From assembly GCA_012295275.1 (NCBI GenBank), contig CM022670.1, forward strand, positions 18,786,001-18,850,000: DNA of 64,000 nt, given 5' to 3'. Below, one piece after another: positions 13,655 through 27,816 of this stretch. The notes under the pieces were generated by a model. That model saw only the letters and a list, made by a program, of their open reading frames with translations. It was not told where the DNA came from and did no database searches. Position 1 is the stretch's first letter, and the number at the start of each line of letters is the position of its first letter. Position numbers and translations under genes: made by a program. This DNA comes from Chrysomallon squamiferum. Its lineage: Eukaryota; Animalia; Mollusca.

Positions 13655-16416
13655 GTTAAGTAATATGTATAATTATTATGATAGTGATGATAATATTAAG
13701 AATGACTAAATAAATGTATGTCGAATAAAATCAGACAAAAATAAATACCTGTTAAGTAAAATATTTTCAGAAGGTACCTCGTGAATTGTCTATCTTACAA
13801 ACACGGCGACGTGTACGATGAAATTTCCTCGCTCAGATAAACACACACAACAAACTATTTACATCCACTCGCTGGAAATACACAGTCACCTTGCATATTT
13901 GGAGATTTTTCGTTGCTGTTGATTACGTACTGTTTTTTAAAATCAGTTTTCGAAAGGTCTTTAAATCACACGAGAATCTGGTAAAATTTTCGACACGTTT
14001 TCCACATAAACAGCAACCGACAGCAATGTACCCATTTATGATTATCCGTGTAGCTGATATAACCATTCACTGGAAAGAAATTGAACGGGTGAATACCTCG
14101 CTAAGAAGGCCGTCTCTGTCGCGTTGCACATTCAAAAGACTGCTTATTTACCAAACCCAAACAGGTCATATCTGACCCGGCAGACCAAGAGTTGTATTTG
14201 ATCTCAAACTTTTGTTATTGTATACAGTCTGAAATTACACACACTTAAAATATTCTCACGATAAATAGACTGAAAAAAGAAAAAGAAATAAATGTAACAG
14301 TGTTATAATAATATTTTTGTTAAGATGACTGAAATTTCTTCTCGTGTTATAGATCACATCTCGTTATTTTAGTTTTTGTAACAATATACATGTACATGTC
14401 GTCTTTTATCATTTCCTTGCCACGATGCTGAGAGCAAAACGTGTATGTGAAACTGCATAAAATAAGGAATGGATTGTTTTTTTAAATGAAAAAGAATAGC
14501 AAATTATAGACAGACAAATAGATAGACAGACAGACAGACAGTAAGATAGACGATAGAAAGATAGTTAAACCGATAGCTACCTATAAAATAGATGACTAGA
14601 TGGTTAGATGCACGGATAAATGATAGGGATAAAAAGGGAATTGGCATAATCTTAGTAATGAGTCCAGAAATATAAACAAAATCTCTCAAAAATTTTGTCA
14701 TCTTAATGATGACATTATAATCGCTCACTCTCGGCGTGTCCAGTAACAAATGAAATATGTACGTGCTCACGCCTGACGTTATTTGCCTGTGATCGTGGGA
14801 TAACTAAAAAAAACATTGTATCTATAGATATATATCAGTCGTTGTTATGGTTGATGTTTGCCAGTCTTGTTATAGCTGTTGTGTCGATATACAACTGCTG
14901 TTTAAACACTGATTTTCTTTTCTTTTTTATGTAACATTCTGAACACATACTGACTCACTGTATTTAAATAAGATAGATATTTGCCTATAAAACTGCAAAA
15001 GAGGTCCGCGGACAAATGAGATTTTATGAAAGTCTTGGGTATACAGTGGGCGTTATCCGAGAAATAACCTTTTGTCTGTATGACGTAATGACTGCACCCA
15101 TCTTTGAACGACTGTGACGAAAAGGGTATTTAACCCATTCAAGATAAGCACTGTTACGGTATTTATTATATTCAACAGCAATTCGCTCTCGTAGAAACAT
15201 AAAGACAGACATATTCACAGAAGCTAATAATGAAATGCTTTTTGTATCTAATGCATATATGTCTGTATGTATCAATCTTTATACATATATATGCGTATGT
15301 ATGGTTGAATATCTATTTATCTGCATGTGTCTATGTTTCTCTGTCTAGCTACCTAATTGTCTATATCTAGCATTCTACAATCTGCCCACCCACCACTCTC
15401 TCTCTCCCCATATCTCTTTTCTATATTTTTAGATAAACTTATGCAGACAAACGTGAATCTGTTTACGCCTCTATGAATATATATTTGTCTTGGTGTGTAG
15501 ATATAAATTTGTATGGGTGTATTTATAATTTAAAGAGTGGTTATACTGCTAATTATAATATATGTGTTTTAATGCGTTTGTAATCACATTAGTAAATCAT
15601 GTAATTTACCGATAATCAAGGAGATTTTTTTTATTATCGTTTTTTTTAAAAATCTTCTATTTGTTTGGTACATACATAAACGTTGCTGGATTTGTTTGAA
15701 TTTTTAATTCTTTTGGAGAAGGAAGGGTATGGTTTATTTTAAACAGCTATTTCAGTATTTTGGGTACACGAATTAAGCACAAAAATTACAATCTATTTAC
15801 TATGTAAATTCAAAAATGTTAATAATAAAAATATTTAGTAAAGATAATTAATTACGAAATGTTAATAAATAACAATTGTGATAATAATATTCATGATAAT
15901 AACATAACAAATATCATACAAATAATTTAATCGTGTCTGTTTCAGAATAAATATATAAACAAAATGATGTAAAGATATTTCTATATTTTATCCATCAAGC
16001 AACTTAGACGAAACAGACACAAAAGCAAAATAGTAACTGATAAAAAAAATGTAATAATAATAAAAAAATGTTTACACCAAACAACCCGCGAAAATGTTAT
16101 CATATATATAACAGAATCGTGATCGCTTTAAAATAAATGTCACGAATAATAAAAGAATTTGTGAAACGGCAACGTACTGCTCGGAGAGTATTGTGATAAT
16201 TGTAACAACAGATTATAACACCTAAGAATAATTCACGTCAAACCTGTTCTCTGTTTATATAATGTATTATAACAGCATGTGGTTACATTAAGAACAAGCA
16301 CTTGAGAGTAACCTGGTTTGAGGCAGACATTGTTATTGACTAGAATATAGTCTCGTATGGACCATTGGTTTCAGTGATATTTTTAAATTAGTTACAGGCG
16401 CTTAATTTTAATTGTT

Positions 16417-16475
<59 letters not shown>

Positions 16476-16491
16476 GATGATGATGGTAGTA

Positions 16492-16835
16492 CAGGTGTAC
16501 CGGACCAATTATCAGGACTCCCTGAGGCCTGAGGCATTCCGGATTTCTGGATTTTCCGGTTTTCTGGTACCAAGGCATCTAAATCGGTAAATAATTAGGC
16601 ATAAACATTTTAAAATTAAAAACATAAGGAAAATTGACGATACACAACTCTGGCGACTCGACACGTAAACAATGTGGCGAGTGAATGAACACCACGCGCC
16701 TTGAAAGAGTAGTTCCGGTCTGGTGAAGACAACACCCTTGCGCGCGAACTTTGAAAATAGCGTCGGGAAAGAACTTCCGTTTTTTGTTTTGATCTTTCCT
16801 GATTTCAGGACGCCGGATAATTGGTCCGGTACCTG
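16492..16835. mobile_element. Non-autonomous Tc1/mariner-pogo-type MITE, ~344 bp
   Basis: Left TIR ta|CAGGTGTACCGGACCAATTATCAGG; right end CCGGATAATTGGTCCGGTACCTG|ta; flanking TA dinucleotides; no coding capacity. Confidence 0.85.
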
Positions 16836-18407
16836 TAATACCAATAAGAACAACCATAATTAGTAGCAGTAGTAGTAATAGTTTTAAGTGCAGTAGCCTA
16901 GTAATAGTAGCAGTAATAGTAGAAGCAGTGGCAGTAGTAATTGTAGTAATTGTAGTATCAATGTCTGTAGTTGTAGTAATAAGAGCAAAAGGTTAGTTCG
17001 GTTAACGGGGCGGAGGCGGCCCTGCTTTAGTAATGCATTGTTCTTTTTCATGGGTGGGGAATGTAAATTTTTGATTATGCAACAACATGTTGAGAAATAT
17101 TTGACTAACGAACTGTTTCCTTTTTCTTCACAAATTCATTTAAAACATTGCAAACCTTCCTTGATAAATAATAATAAAAATAATATATAACATACATTTT
17201 AAAAATAGGGTAATAAGGTGTAAATATAAATAGAATAAAATGTAACGTGTTTGCATTTTGCCAGATCACGTTCGTACTTGACAAATGCACATATGTAACC
17301 TGATAATTGTGGTTGCGATAGTAAAACACGGTCGTTCATCAAAGATATACCGAAGTATTTATTACTGAGTTATTCGTTTTTAATTAGTACGTCTATTTCA
17401 TTTATAATTAGCTGGATAGAAAATGTATAAATAAATTTTAAAATTTGTTTTAAAAAGTAATCGTGTATTATGAACTAATTAAATCTGACAGCAGATTGAG
17501 GTGCGAGTCAAAAAATAATTTTACCCACAACTACTTAGCACATTTATTTACACATATTCCATTTTCCAAAGGTTATTTTTATATATATTAATTTTTTTTT
17601 TTTTTTTTTTTGAAAAATGATACTTTGTTCATTTTTATTGTGCTTAAAAATCTTTTGTTCAATCTCTGTTTCTGAATAGTTATTTACAAAACAGGTTTTA
17701 TCTATAATAGTTTAATGCTCTAGCAGTAAAGATGCAATTTACAAAGAAATCACAGAATTGTAGACTGTTGCTGGTGAGTATGTTGTTGATCACTCACTAT
17801 AACGTATAAGCTAATACTGCTGAAAATCGGTTATGAACAATGTAGCGAAAGTTGAATTTGTATACGATATTAGTACATCGTATTCTCTTTATTCATTAAT
17901 ATTTATAATCGGTTTTGTTTCTTTTGAGATAAGAGACGTAATTATCAAAATTCAGACACCAGTGAGTGACCATCTAAGAATCTTAATAAGTTAATTTCAA
18001 TGTGTCGTTAGTAGAGGTGGCCCGTTATTCAAGACAGTATTGAGTATAATGAGTATTGAATATAAATATTAATATTCATTAATCATTGATAGTCAAATTA
18101 TGACAGTTTTATTTTTATAAATTAATTGATCTTATGACAGCAATCATTAATATGAATATAGAGCTTATTATTATAAATATATTTGAATACAACGATTATC
18201 AAGATATTATTGTTATATACTATATAATTTATAAATTCCTAACTAAAAAACATTTCAAAAAATTGCATTGCACTTCTGTGATGGTTTATTTTTATACTGA
18301 TTTACTCTTTATTTACTTTATAAATATTATTTTTCAGAGGAAAATTTCCAAACATAAAGAATTTGTTACTCCAGTCAAAGAAGAAAACAAATACACCCCA
18401 GTCAAAG

Positions 18408-21400
18408 ATGACTTCACATTTTCGACATGTTCCTGTTGTTGATGTCCATTCAGACAACTTTAAAGATGTGTGGCCATCATTGACATTAGCCATAAAAACA
18501 GCTACATTTATAGCCATTGATACTGTAAGTTACAGTAGCGAATAACTTGCTATTTAATTTTTCTGTATTCTAAACAGTCTTATAATGTCATTGATTTTAA
18601 TTTGCTGTTCAGTTCTGTAAAATCATTACTAGCTCATAATATATAAATAAGTATTTTAAAGTATTTTTACAGTTGATTTTATTTGAATTATATAGGCATT
18701 GCTTGATTAAATAGTAAAATAATAAATAAATAAATGTTGATAACTATGATTGATTTGTGTGTTTTACAGTGTTATGTATTTAAATTAATAGATATTGTAT
18801 TTGATCAAAGACAGTATAATTTAGCACATATTCACCAAAATAAAATAATCATGTTGATGCTGTCAGTTTAAAATAACTTTTAAAATTCAATTTGTTACAT
18901 TTTATTTGTTAATATTACCCCCAGTTTGCTGTATTATAGGAACTGAGTGGTCTTGGAAATAAGAGGCTTCTAAATGCAAGGTTTGTTTTGAATATTTGTT
19001 ATTTTTATTTTGTTCATTTCAAATAACATTTTAATGATATTAAGTTGGCCTGTCACATTCATTGTAAAAACCTATATCTCTCTGACAAATTAATTGATGT
19101 TTTCATAGTGTTAATTTAAATAATTTAAAATGCATTTTAACATGTTTTAATAGAAAATATTTTCAATATTGAGAAAAAGAGAGAAATATTATCTTAGTGG
19201 TAAAAGTTATGACGTAAACATTATGAACCTTAGAATCAGTTAAACTTGTTGCAAGTTTGGACTATTGTTTAAATAAAGTCATGTTACACGCTGACCTGTC
19301 TATGTGGAGTGCACCCAAAATACTACTTTTCTGCCTATTAGTGGCATCAAATTACAGCAGTCAGTTTTCTATGACAAATTATTTTATATTCAGCATTTCA
19401 GTGTCTTTAAAATTTGTTTCATCAGACATTCATTAGAAATCTGTTTTTCTTTCATTTCAGATCTATAGATGATCGGTATTCCAGTGTTAGTAATGTGGCC
19501 AAAACTCGATCAATTATAGCTCTTGGAATTTCATGTTTTAAATTAAACACAGTCAAGAATCAGCAAGCAAATTCAGATGTTACTTCAAATGACAAGAGTG
19601 TCACTATAAAACAGTGGTCATTCTTGGTTCAGACTTTCAACATTGTGGTTCTGTGTGGGGAGGAGTATGTAGTAGAGCCATCATCTTTAAAGTTTCTCAT
19701 TGCTCATGGCTTTGATTTTAACAAGCAGTATTCTACTGGAATTTCTTACTACAGAGGTAATGATAGGGTAAGTTCAAGATAATCTTTAAGACATATGAAA
19801 ACAAAAAAAAGTTAAGGTTCCTTAAAAGCCCCTCTTTACTGGATATACAATAAATATATATATAAACATAGACAAGTGTAAATAAATTATATACATTTCA
19901 AAGTTACTTTTTGTTTCTAATAAAAAAATATGATCTTAAAAATTGAAATATAAATATAAAAAGTAAGCTTTACAAAAACTGATATCATTTCATACAGAAA
20001 ATTGTGCAGCCATACACCTACTTTGCAATGAATTCTGCAGCTACATTTTATTATTAGTAAACATTTTTCTTATTTTCAGCAGACCACAAAACCAAGTTTA
20101 TCAGTTCGAGATCTCTTCTCTGTCTTGTTGGAGTCAGATACACCAGTTGTTTTTCACAATGCTTTGGTTGATCTTATTTTTCTGTATCAGAGTTTTTATG
20201 CTAATCTTCCTAGTTCATGCTCAACATTTTTAGCAGATCTTACAGAGATGTTTACTGGAGGAATCTATGACACAAAGTACATTACAGAATACAGGGAGAG
20301 ACTTACAGCTTCATATCTTGAGTTTGTGTTTCGAAAGTGGTATGTTGTCCAAAAAATGTCCTAAAATGTAATGCTTTTGTAAATTTTTGTTTGGGTAATT
20401 AACTTGAGTAAAACAGAAATAATAACGATATTTAAAAATTCCACTGTTTAAAAACTGAAACTTTTATTATTAAATCGGTTTCTTTTTTCTCTCTTTTTTT
20501 TTATATTATTTCATATATTTATTTATTTATATTTTTTTTATTTATTTATTTTTTTTTTTTGCCATTTAAAATTATTTTATTATTACTATATTTAAATTAT
20601 TTTTGTGTGCAGATTTATCTGGATTGTTAAAAATATTAAATATCTTTTTCACTACGAAATTAGCGCAGCTTGTTGTCATGTACTAAACTGTCCTTTTAGT
20701 TTTTCTGTTACATAACATGATACATTTTTTGAAAATAGATGTAATGTATTTATATTTACATTATTAAATTGTGTTATCCATTAAACAATTTGCATTTATT
20801 TTAATATTATTAATTAGTTCCCCAGGTTATGAATATAAATTAATATTACTAATTTTTCAAACTTTAAAATAACTAAATCAAGCTTAAAATCAGATGAAAT
20901 TTAAAATTTAAGTCATACATGATGTAAATTATTATTATTTTTTTTTTAATTATTATTTTCATTATGTCTAGTCAAAGAGCCAATGCCTACAGATGCCTGG
21001 AATGGAGAACTCTGGTTTGTCTAGAGTTTGTTAGATATCCAGACAGCTGTTCAGATGTCACACTGAGATTCTGTGGCTTGCCTAATGTTGCTGTTGAATT
21101 AGGCCACAAACCTAACAAAGAACACTTACACAAGATACTCTGTGATATATTTGCAGTAAGTATACTTTTAGTCATCCTTGTTTTAATTTTTAATTATTTT
21201 TATTTTAAAATGCTGAAGGAATTTGAATCTTAAGCATTTTATTTTTTTTATTTTTTTTTTTAATAAATATTCACTTAATGCTTTATCACTAATATTTTTT
21301 ATTTTGTAATATTCTCATTTCTAAGGTTTAATGTTTATTGAGGGGTGACTGAAAGCCCAGAATGTTAAGTTATGTTTAATTTAGAAACTAAATATTTTAA

Positions 21401-22482
21401 AATGTTGCTGACATGTCCAGAAAACTGATTTTTCATAATACATTTTATTAAGGTTTATTTTCCAGTTTATCAGTTGTATACTTTCAGACAGATAAAATAC
21501 ATAACTTTATTTCTCCATATAATTTTTGATCTTTCATAAAAGAAGAATAAGAAAAATCAGTTGAAGTTATTTACCTTGGTGGTGTTGTTACGGGAAAAAA
21601 TGTACATTATGTAAACTTCATTATTTTATAAATAATTTTCAGTCACATGGCTGGTGTCCTCGTGATACAAAATGTCACCAGTCACATGACATAGACATGA
21701 TAATAGACTTTGAAGGACTGAAAATGTGCAGCAGAAGAAGAAAACGAAAGCGAAGACAGAAAGATAATTCAGACAACACAGGCTCTATGGATGTTCCAGC
21801 AAATGAGGATGGCTCCACTGTTAGCACCAGGGAAGAATTGAAAAATAATAATCAAACTCCTGGCAGTAAGGAATATAATGAGGGAGAAGAAAATCTAACA
21901 AGTGTGGACACTGCTAGTGAAGTAGATATTTCTTGTGATTCATACAAAGAGATAAATGAAAATTCTTATACAGATAGATCTAAATCTAAAATGGGTACAT
22001 ATAATTCCACTAAAGATGAATCAGTTTCCTCCAGTTTGGATGGATCTAAATCCAGTATGGATGGGTCAGAATTCAGAACGGATGGGTCTAAATCCAACAC
22101 AGATGGGTCTAAATTTAGTATGGATAGGACTAAATCAAATACTGATGGATGTGAATCCAGCTTTCCTGATTCTTGTCCAGAGTTTGTGAGATGCAGCAAG
22201 GAATCAGTTGTGGAAGAAGCAAGAAGTGGGGGTCACAGAGCAGGCTATGATGCATTCATGACTGGGTTCAGTATGGCATTTTTTGCATCAAAGTATGGAA
22301 AGTTACCAGAAAATAACCATGATAAGATTACCTTATCAAATCTTGGACTAGATGACATGAAGAATAAGATTTACCTGTGTGGAAAAGACATTCCAATGAG
22401 CATTTCAAAAAGTGCTTTTACAAAGACAAGCAAAGACCACAGAGAAAAGATTCAAAAGTTGAGACAACCCAGTGTTGTTTGA
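18408..22482 (+). CDS. TOE1: Target of EGR1 protein 1 (CAF1-family DEDD deadenylase/snRNA 3' exonuclease), 582 aa, 6 coding exons
   Basis: Exons 18408-18524, 18940-18980, 19461-19767, 20080-20339, 20972-21155, 21643-22482; all GT-AG and phase-consistent (1749 nt). Motifs: [17 protein letters not shown]|[40 protein letters not shown] finger CDIFA|[15 protein letters not shown], basic [33 protein letters not shown]. Confidence 0.95.
22039..22164 (+). repeat. Coding 21-bp tandem repeat x6 in TOE1 ([42 protein letters not shown])
   Basis: gatggrtctaaatccaryay-type units seen directly in the last exon. Confidence 0.85.
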
Positions 22483-24119
22483 TTTATTTTAAAGCTGAAT
22501 ATCACTTCTACAGATTGCAGCCTGCATCTATTTTTAGATGGCACTGTAATCAGTAGCTCTGCCCACATGCCTGAAGCAGAAGAATTCAGACAAGCACAGT
22601 GCCTATTCAATAACTCACCACTGGATCCTTAGACAATTTTAGTCATAAAACTTAGCATTTATCTTTTCCCAAATTTATTTTTTGGTTTAAAGAGTGGTGC
22701 ATTTTCCATTTTTGCATTCATTGAATTTTAATTAATTAATTTATTTATTCAATTTAAAAAACAAAACATTACATTTTAATTTCACATAATTTATGTTTTA
22801 ACTAGGTGCATTTTTAAAGAATTTAGGATCATTGCATTTTAAGGTTAAAATGTCACAGCGTGCCACTTTTAAGAAGAAAAATTGAGATGTGTCTTAGAAC
22901 TTTGAATAGCACAGCATAACTTTCTTTATATATGTACCTTGATTTTTCAGACTTAAGTATTTTTAATATTTTTAATATTTGATTAATATAACACTCTAAG
23001 AAAGATGCTGTGTGTTTGTGTGTGTGTGTTTTGTGGCTTCTTAAGAGGAACTACAAGCATTTGATCTTTAACGATAAACTTAGCTAAAGCTTGGAGCCCA
23101 CTCCAGAAAGTGATGAAGGTAGTAATAATATCCAATAAAATGTCTGTAATCATGAGACTAAAGGCAATTAAATAATTAAGTAATTACTGGTATTAAAAAA
23201 GTTAACAGTTTCAGCATTTGAGCAAAATATCTTGACTTCACCAAATATAATTTTATTTTGTTTTGTATAGTTATGTTTATGATTTTGAAATCAAGTTTTA
23301 TTTGTCGTTTATCGCAAGAAGTTTGCAAACTAAATAATCACCTGTGTCTTAGAACACCAGGAATCTAATTTTCAGTAAGCTTAACAAGCTGCATGCGTGT
23401 TTTATTTTTGGAGCTTAGTTGTTTGTCCGAAAATGGACTTTGTGATAGTGCAATGAACGCATGAAGTGTAACTTAAGAGCACCAACAATTCGTACAATTG
23501 TGATACTTGTACATATCTGTAGTGGGTTTTAAAGAAAAAAAAATTAAATGATTTTATACTTAATGCTTCTTTGTTACTGTCTTATATTTTATTATTTTTG
23601 TTGATTTATTTAAATAATAATAATAAATTTATACTGTGATGATTAAATGGGGACAAATAATCCTTTTGTATTCTTAAAGCACATATTCAGTCTGGTCTAC
23701 AGTTTGTAAATTTATATAAAAATCAGAAAATTAGATAATTTTTAAAAGCAATCCTCAGAAATTTTAAATCTTATAAACATTTTTAATAATTCAGAATTAA
23801 TACTCTATTATATTCTTCCAGCATAAAGTAATATTAGGCATTAAAGGTGTGTATGTTAGTTACCTTAAACTTTGAAATTAGATGGAAGTGATAACTTCAA
23901 AGATTAATATGACAAACAGTTTATTTTATTAACACCTAACGGCAGCAATTTAAAGTGACTGAAATCACCACTCCCCTCAAATATACAGCAAATGAATCAG
24001 TCTTAATGAAGTAAGGATGTTTGAATAGATTATATTAGTAATTAAATATATTATTTGTTTTTGATGTTATATTTTTAAAGATTTATAAAGCATTACAGAG
24101 ATGGTTTATTATTATTATT

Positions 24120-24154
<35 letters not shown>

Positions 24155-24664
24155 GCATTAATTATTATTTTTATTTATATATGTATTTTTCTTTTTAATT
24201 TTATGCTTAACGTAAAATATTTAGTTATGTACTGCATAATATAAAACCTATAAATATATATTTTGAAATATTCCACCATTATTATTTTTGCTTCCAATAC
24301 AAGGTTAAATAAAAATATTTCGACTGGAATGTTGTCACAGAATGCTTTAAAACGAACACTGATGTAATAACTTCTTTTTCTTGCATCGATTAATATGTAA
24401 TTAGAACACACTTCGTGTATGAAGTCAGAATCAAAATAAGAAAATGACATAATATAAAAATGCCTGGAGAACACGTATTCCTCGGAAATTTGAATAATAC
24501 CCATGTTTAGAAAATCAATAAAGATTACAACATACAATGTTTTAGTTATTGAAAGCGTTCATTAAATGCGACTTGGTGTTTATGAACACCTAGGGTCTAT
24601 ATATATTTAGTAGTTTATTGTATTCAAATAGGGAATTTATTTTTCGTGTATCACGAAGATATTA

Positions 24665-24668
<4 letters not shown>

Positions 24669-24720
<52 letters not shown>
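24669..24720. repeat. (GA)n microsatellite
   Basis: Seen directly. Confidence 0.95.
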
Positions 24721-24723
<3 letters not shown>

Positions 24724-25485
24724 TTTTATCCACTACAGATTATGAAATTATTATAATTTGTTTTGTAACCAAGTTAATGGTTGTTTAGACCCATTGTTTT
24801 TAATATCCAATGACATTCAGTATGGCGAGTTGAGACAAATCATTAGAGCACTACAATAGACCTCAGGTATGAACAGATCCAAAATGTATAATAAGTGGCT
24901 TTGGGTCACTTTCTGGTTGAATGAACAGCTATCATATTTCGAAGTTATATTCCCATCATCATGTTATTTTTTGTGTTGTTCTTCTCTCCCACGGCGAAGG
25001 AAATATATCGTAATTTAAACTTTGCAAACATCTGACAGGTATATCTAAGTAACTGTACCGATTTCTAACATATGGTTCGTGTGACTCTTAGCAGAACTGA
25101 AACACATATTGTTTATGTCGTATTAAAAACCGATACAATGAAGATAACGTTTCTGCATGATTTCTTGTTATAAAATACTTACATAAACAGATGAAACTTA
25201 ACACGTCAAGATTTGTTCAATTTACTTTATTGTCTTGTTTCTCCACTGGCAACGTAGGCCATTTTAGATGTCGTTTATTCTATTTCAGAAGTTAAGTGTT
25301 ATAATTTTGTCTTTTCTTTTTCTTTTGTACAATTGATTACCAAGTAAACAGTACAGAATATTTCTTTACTTAATTTGACTGTGGATAATATCGCTGTTTT
25401 TCTTATATGCTGTAAGACACTAACATATTTAGGTGCAAACCGTGTCCAGTTTAAACAGTTTTTACTAGTTACATTACGTGCTGAC

Positions 25486-26040
25486 ATGAGCAGACGACAG
25501 TCAATTCGGCCTGTGGACAGTGATCTGCTGCACCTACCAGAAACCGAGAGACGTAAAAGTATTCTAACAACTGGGACAGGCCGACGTAGCAGCAGTATCC
25601 ATTCTGGGCCAATCGCTTCAGTTCTTGCCAATAAAAAATTTCTAAATAAAAAAACCGGCAGATTGGATACGGCTTCCAGGAATATAGTCTACGAGCCGAC
25701 CTATCGTTTGGAACCATCGGTGAATTTCAACGAACCAGCAGTACGAGTTATTATTCAAGAAGTACTGCAGGATCTTCTGCAAGGTCTTGAATACGACCCT
25801 ACGTCCACATCATTAATGTGTAAATCAATTGGGGAAGAGGTGAAGGACAGAGTCAAACAGCTTGGATACGACCGATACAAGATTATAGTTTATGTGGTCA
25901 TTGGAGAGAAGAAGAACCAAGGAGTGATGGTAACAAGCCGATGTTCATGGGATGTCAAGTTCGACAACTTTGCTGAAAGTTTTTACCAAAATAAATCTCT
26001 ATTCTGCAGCACCCAAGTGTACGGATTGTATTTAGATTAA
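25486..26040 (+). CDS. Tctex1 domain-containing dynein light chain (TCTEX1D1/DYNLT5- or TCTEX1D4-like), 184 aa, intronless CDS (gene A)
   Basis: First ATG at 25486 (the ORF-track start at 25375 is TTG). Tctex-1 signature YEPTYRLEP...L.GLEYD...I..EVKDRVKQLGYDRYKIIVYVVIGEKKNQGVMVTSRCSWDVKFDNFA...YQNKSLFC..QVYGLY. Confidence 0.9.
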   Translation: MSRRQSIRPVDSDLLHLPETERRKSILTTGTGRRSSSIHSGPIASVLANKKFLNKKTGRLDTASRNIVYEPTYRLEPSVNFNEPAVRVIIQEVLQDLLQGLEYDPTSTSLMCKSIGEEVKDRVKQLGYDRYKIIVYVVIGEKKNQGVMVTSRCSWDVKFDNFAESFYQNKSLFCSTQVYGLYLD

Positions 26041-26675
26041 TTTTCATTTTCATGGAATATAAGTCTTATATCTAGTGTATTTAAATTTCATATTATTTTC
26101 ATGGAACAGAGAGATTTTAAATATACATTTTAAACATTGTTCTAGCTATAAAAAACAAAAAACAAACATTATACACTTGACTATGAGATGTACAGCTTTA
26201 TGTTATTTTAAAATAATATACTGAATTTATTACAAATATTCCTCTGCTGGAGAATATATGAACCCTACAAAAATTAGTTTTTAGAAGTACTGTGTATGTT
26301 TTAGAGGAGTCCCATGATTGATACTGAAATGAAATAAATCATGCACTTGTTGATTTCCATACGAAGTTGAAATATATACATGCTGAGGTGTGCCTATGGT
26401 GGTACGAAGAAATAGTATACCATTTTATTATTATTATTATTATTATTATTAAAAAATATTATGATTATTTGATTTTATTTTCATTTTTTCTCGTTTTTTT
26501 GTTGGATCTTAATCTTCTGTTTAACAACAGCAGTGCATTGTTAAAAATATGATGATCATCTCTTTTTTTGTGGACCTGTTTGGTTTAATGTTTCTTAATA
26601 TACATCACACCAAACCACACACACACACAAAACCTTATCATTGTTTTTCTCAGATTAAAATTCATATCAAATGTC

Positions 26676-26714
<39 letters not shown>

Positions 26715-27240
26715 CATACTCCATATTCATTAAAATCAGGATCCAGCTTTTATGAACATTATAATTCAAAGGTTTCAGACTCTTTATATAATAAAGTAAC
26801 CGATACCTTGGCTGATTTTGTTTTTGTTGTTATTGCTATCTGTTTAAGAACTATTTTTATTGTTTTGCTGGGGTTTTGCGTGTGTTTGTGTTGTTGTTGT
26901 TTTTAAACCTATTCAACTGTGTCCTATACTTCTTCGCACCAACCCGTCTTTCATTCTGTAATTTAGCTATGGCTGAGAACTTTTTTTTTTGTAATTACAC
27001 TGCAATATACCAAATATAGTCATTAATCTTACTTAGGTGGGCACCTTATCTTTGAATTACTATTAGACAAAACTGTTTACAAAACAAAGTCAAGAGTTCA
27101 TTGCCATGTCTGTAAACACGCTAGGACAGGACAATAGTCTTCTACCTGTAGATATTAGCAACACAGGCTTCAGACAAACATACGATTTAATTTTATAAGT
27201 TAGACCATCAGGTGAGAAACCAGAACTTTATTTTATCATT

Positions 27241-27816
27241 ATGGCCCAAACTAGGAAACCATCCATTAAGCCGACAGAACAAATTTGTGATCATCTATGC
27301 GAGATGAATGAATTCGAAAATATCTGTCAAAGAAAAAGTCACCCTCGGGCATCACTGAGTCGTCGTAGTAGTAGTCTCTCCTCTGGACATTTGGCTGTAA
27401 TACCATTTTGCAAAAGATTTGGAAGAAACATTTCTAGGTACGATTTACCTTCACGCCGCACCTTTTTCCAAGCCACCTACAAGACTGAACCATCTGTTAA
27501 GTTCCATGTATTTGATATCCAAGTTATTGTCAACGAAACACTGACTGATCTGCTAGAGACTTTTGAGTACTGTGCAAACAAATGTTCTTTCATGAGTCTG
27601 ACCGTAGCAGAGGAAATCAAAGACCGCATTAAACGTTTAGGATACCACCGTTACAAGATTGTTGTGGTTGTTGTTATCGGTCAGAAGAAGAATCAGGGTG
27701 TCCTCGTATCAAGCAGGTGTGCATGGGAACCAAAATTCGATGACTTTGCAACGTGTAACTATCAAAATAAATCCATATTTTGCAGCGCGCAAGTGTTTGG
27801 TGTATACATGGAATAA
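27241..27816 (+). CDS. Tctex1 domain-containing dynein light chain, tandem paralog, 191 aa, intronless CDS (gene B)
   Basis: TYKTEP...EEIKDRIKRLGYHRYKIVVVVVIGQKKNQGVLVSSRCAWEPKFDDFA..NYQNKSIFCSAQVFGVYME; N-terminal RRSSS motif shared with gene A. Confidence 0.9.
   Translation: MAQTRKPSIKPTEQICDHLCEMNEFENICQRKSHPRASLSRRSSSLSSGHLAVIPFCKRFGRNISRYDLPSRRTFFQATYKTEPSVKFHVFDIQVIVNETLTDLLETFEYCANKCSFMSLTVAEEIKDRIKRLGYHRYKIVVVVVIGQKKNQGVLVSSRCAWEPKFDDFATCNYQNKSIFCSAQVFGVYME

Noticed and set aside
16388-16857. Overlapping ORFs of 61-113 aa
   Set aside because: They lie within the GC-richer MITE and adjacent microsatellite; no transposase motifs.
24175-24537. 120-aa minus-strand ORF repeated at 49121-49363
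   Set aside because: Non-ATG start, AT-biased composition; the similarity is explained by the segmental duplication.
25299-25717. Antisense ORFs over Tctex1 gene A, and similar shadow ORFs over TOE1, receptor exons and 8885-9178
   Set aside because: Opposite-strand or alternate-frame by-products of real coding sequence, with no independent support.
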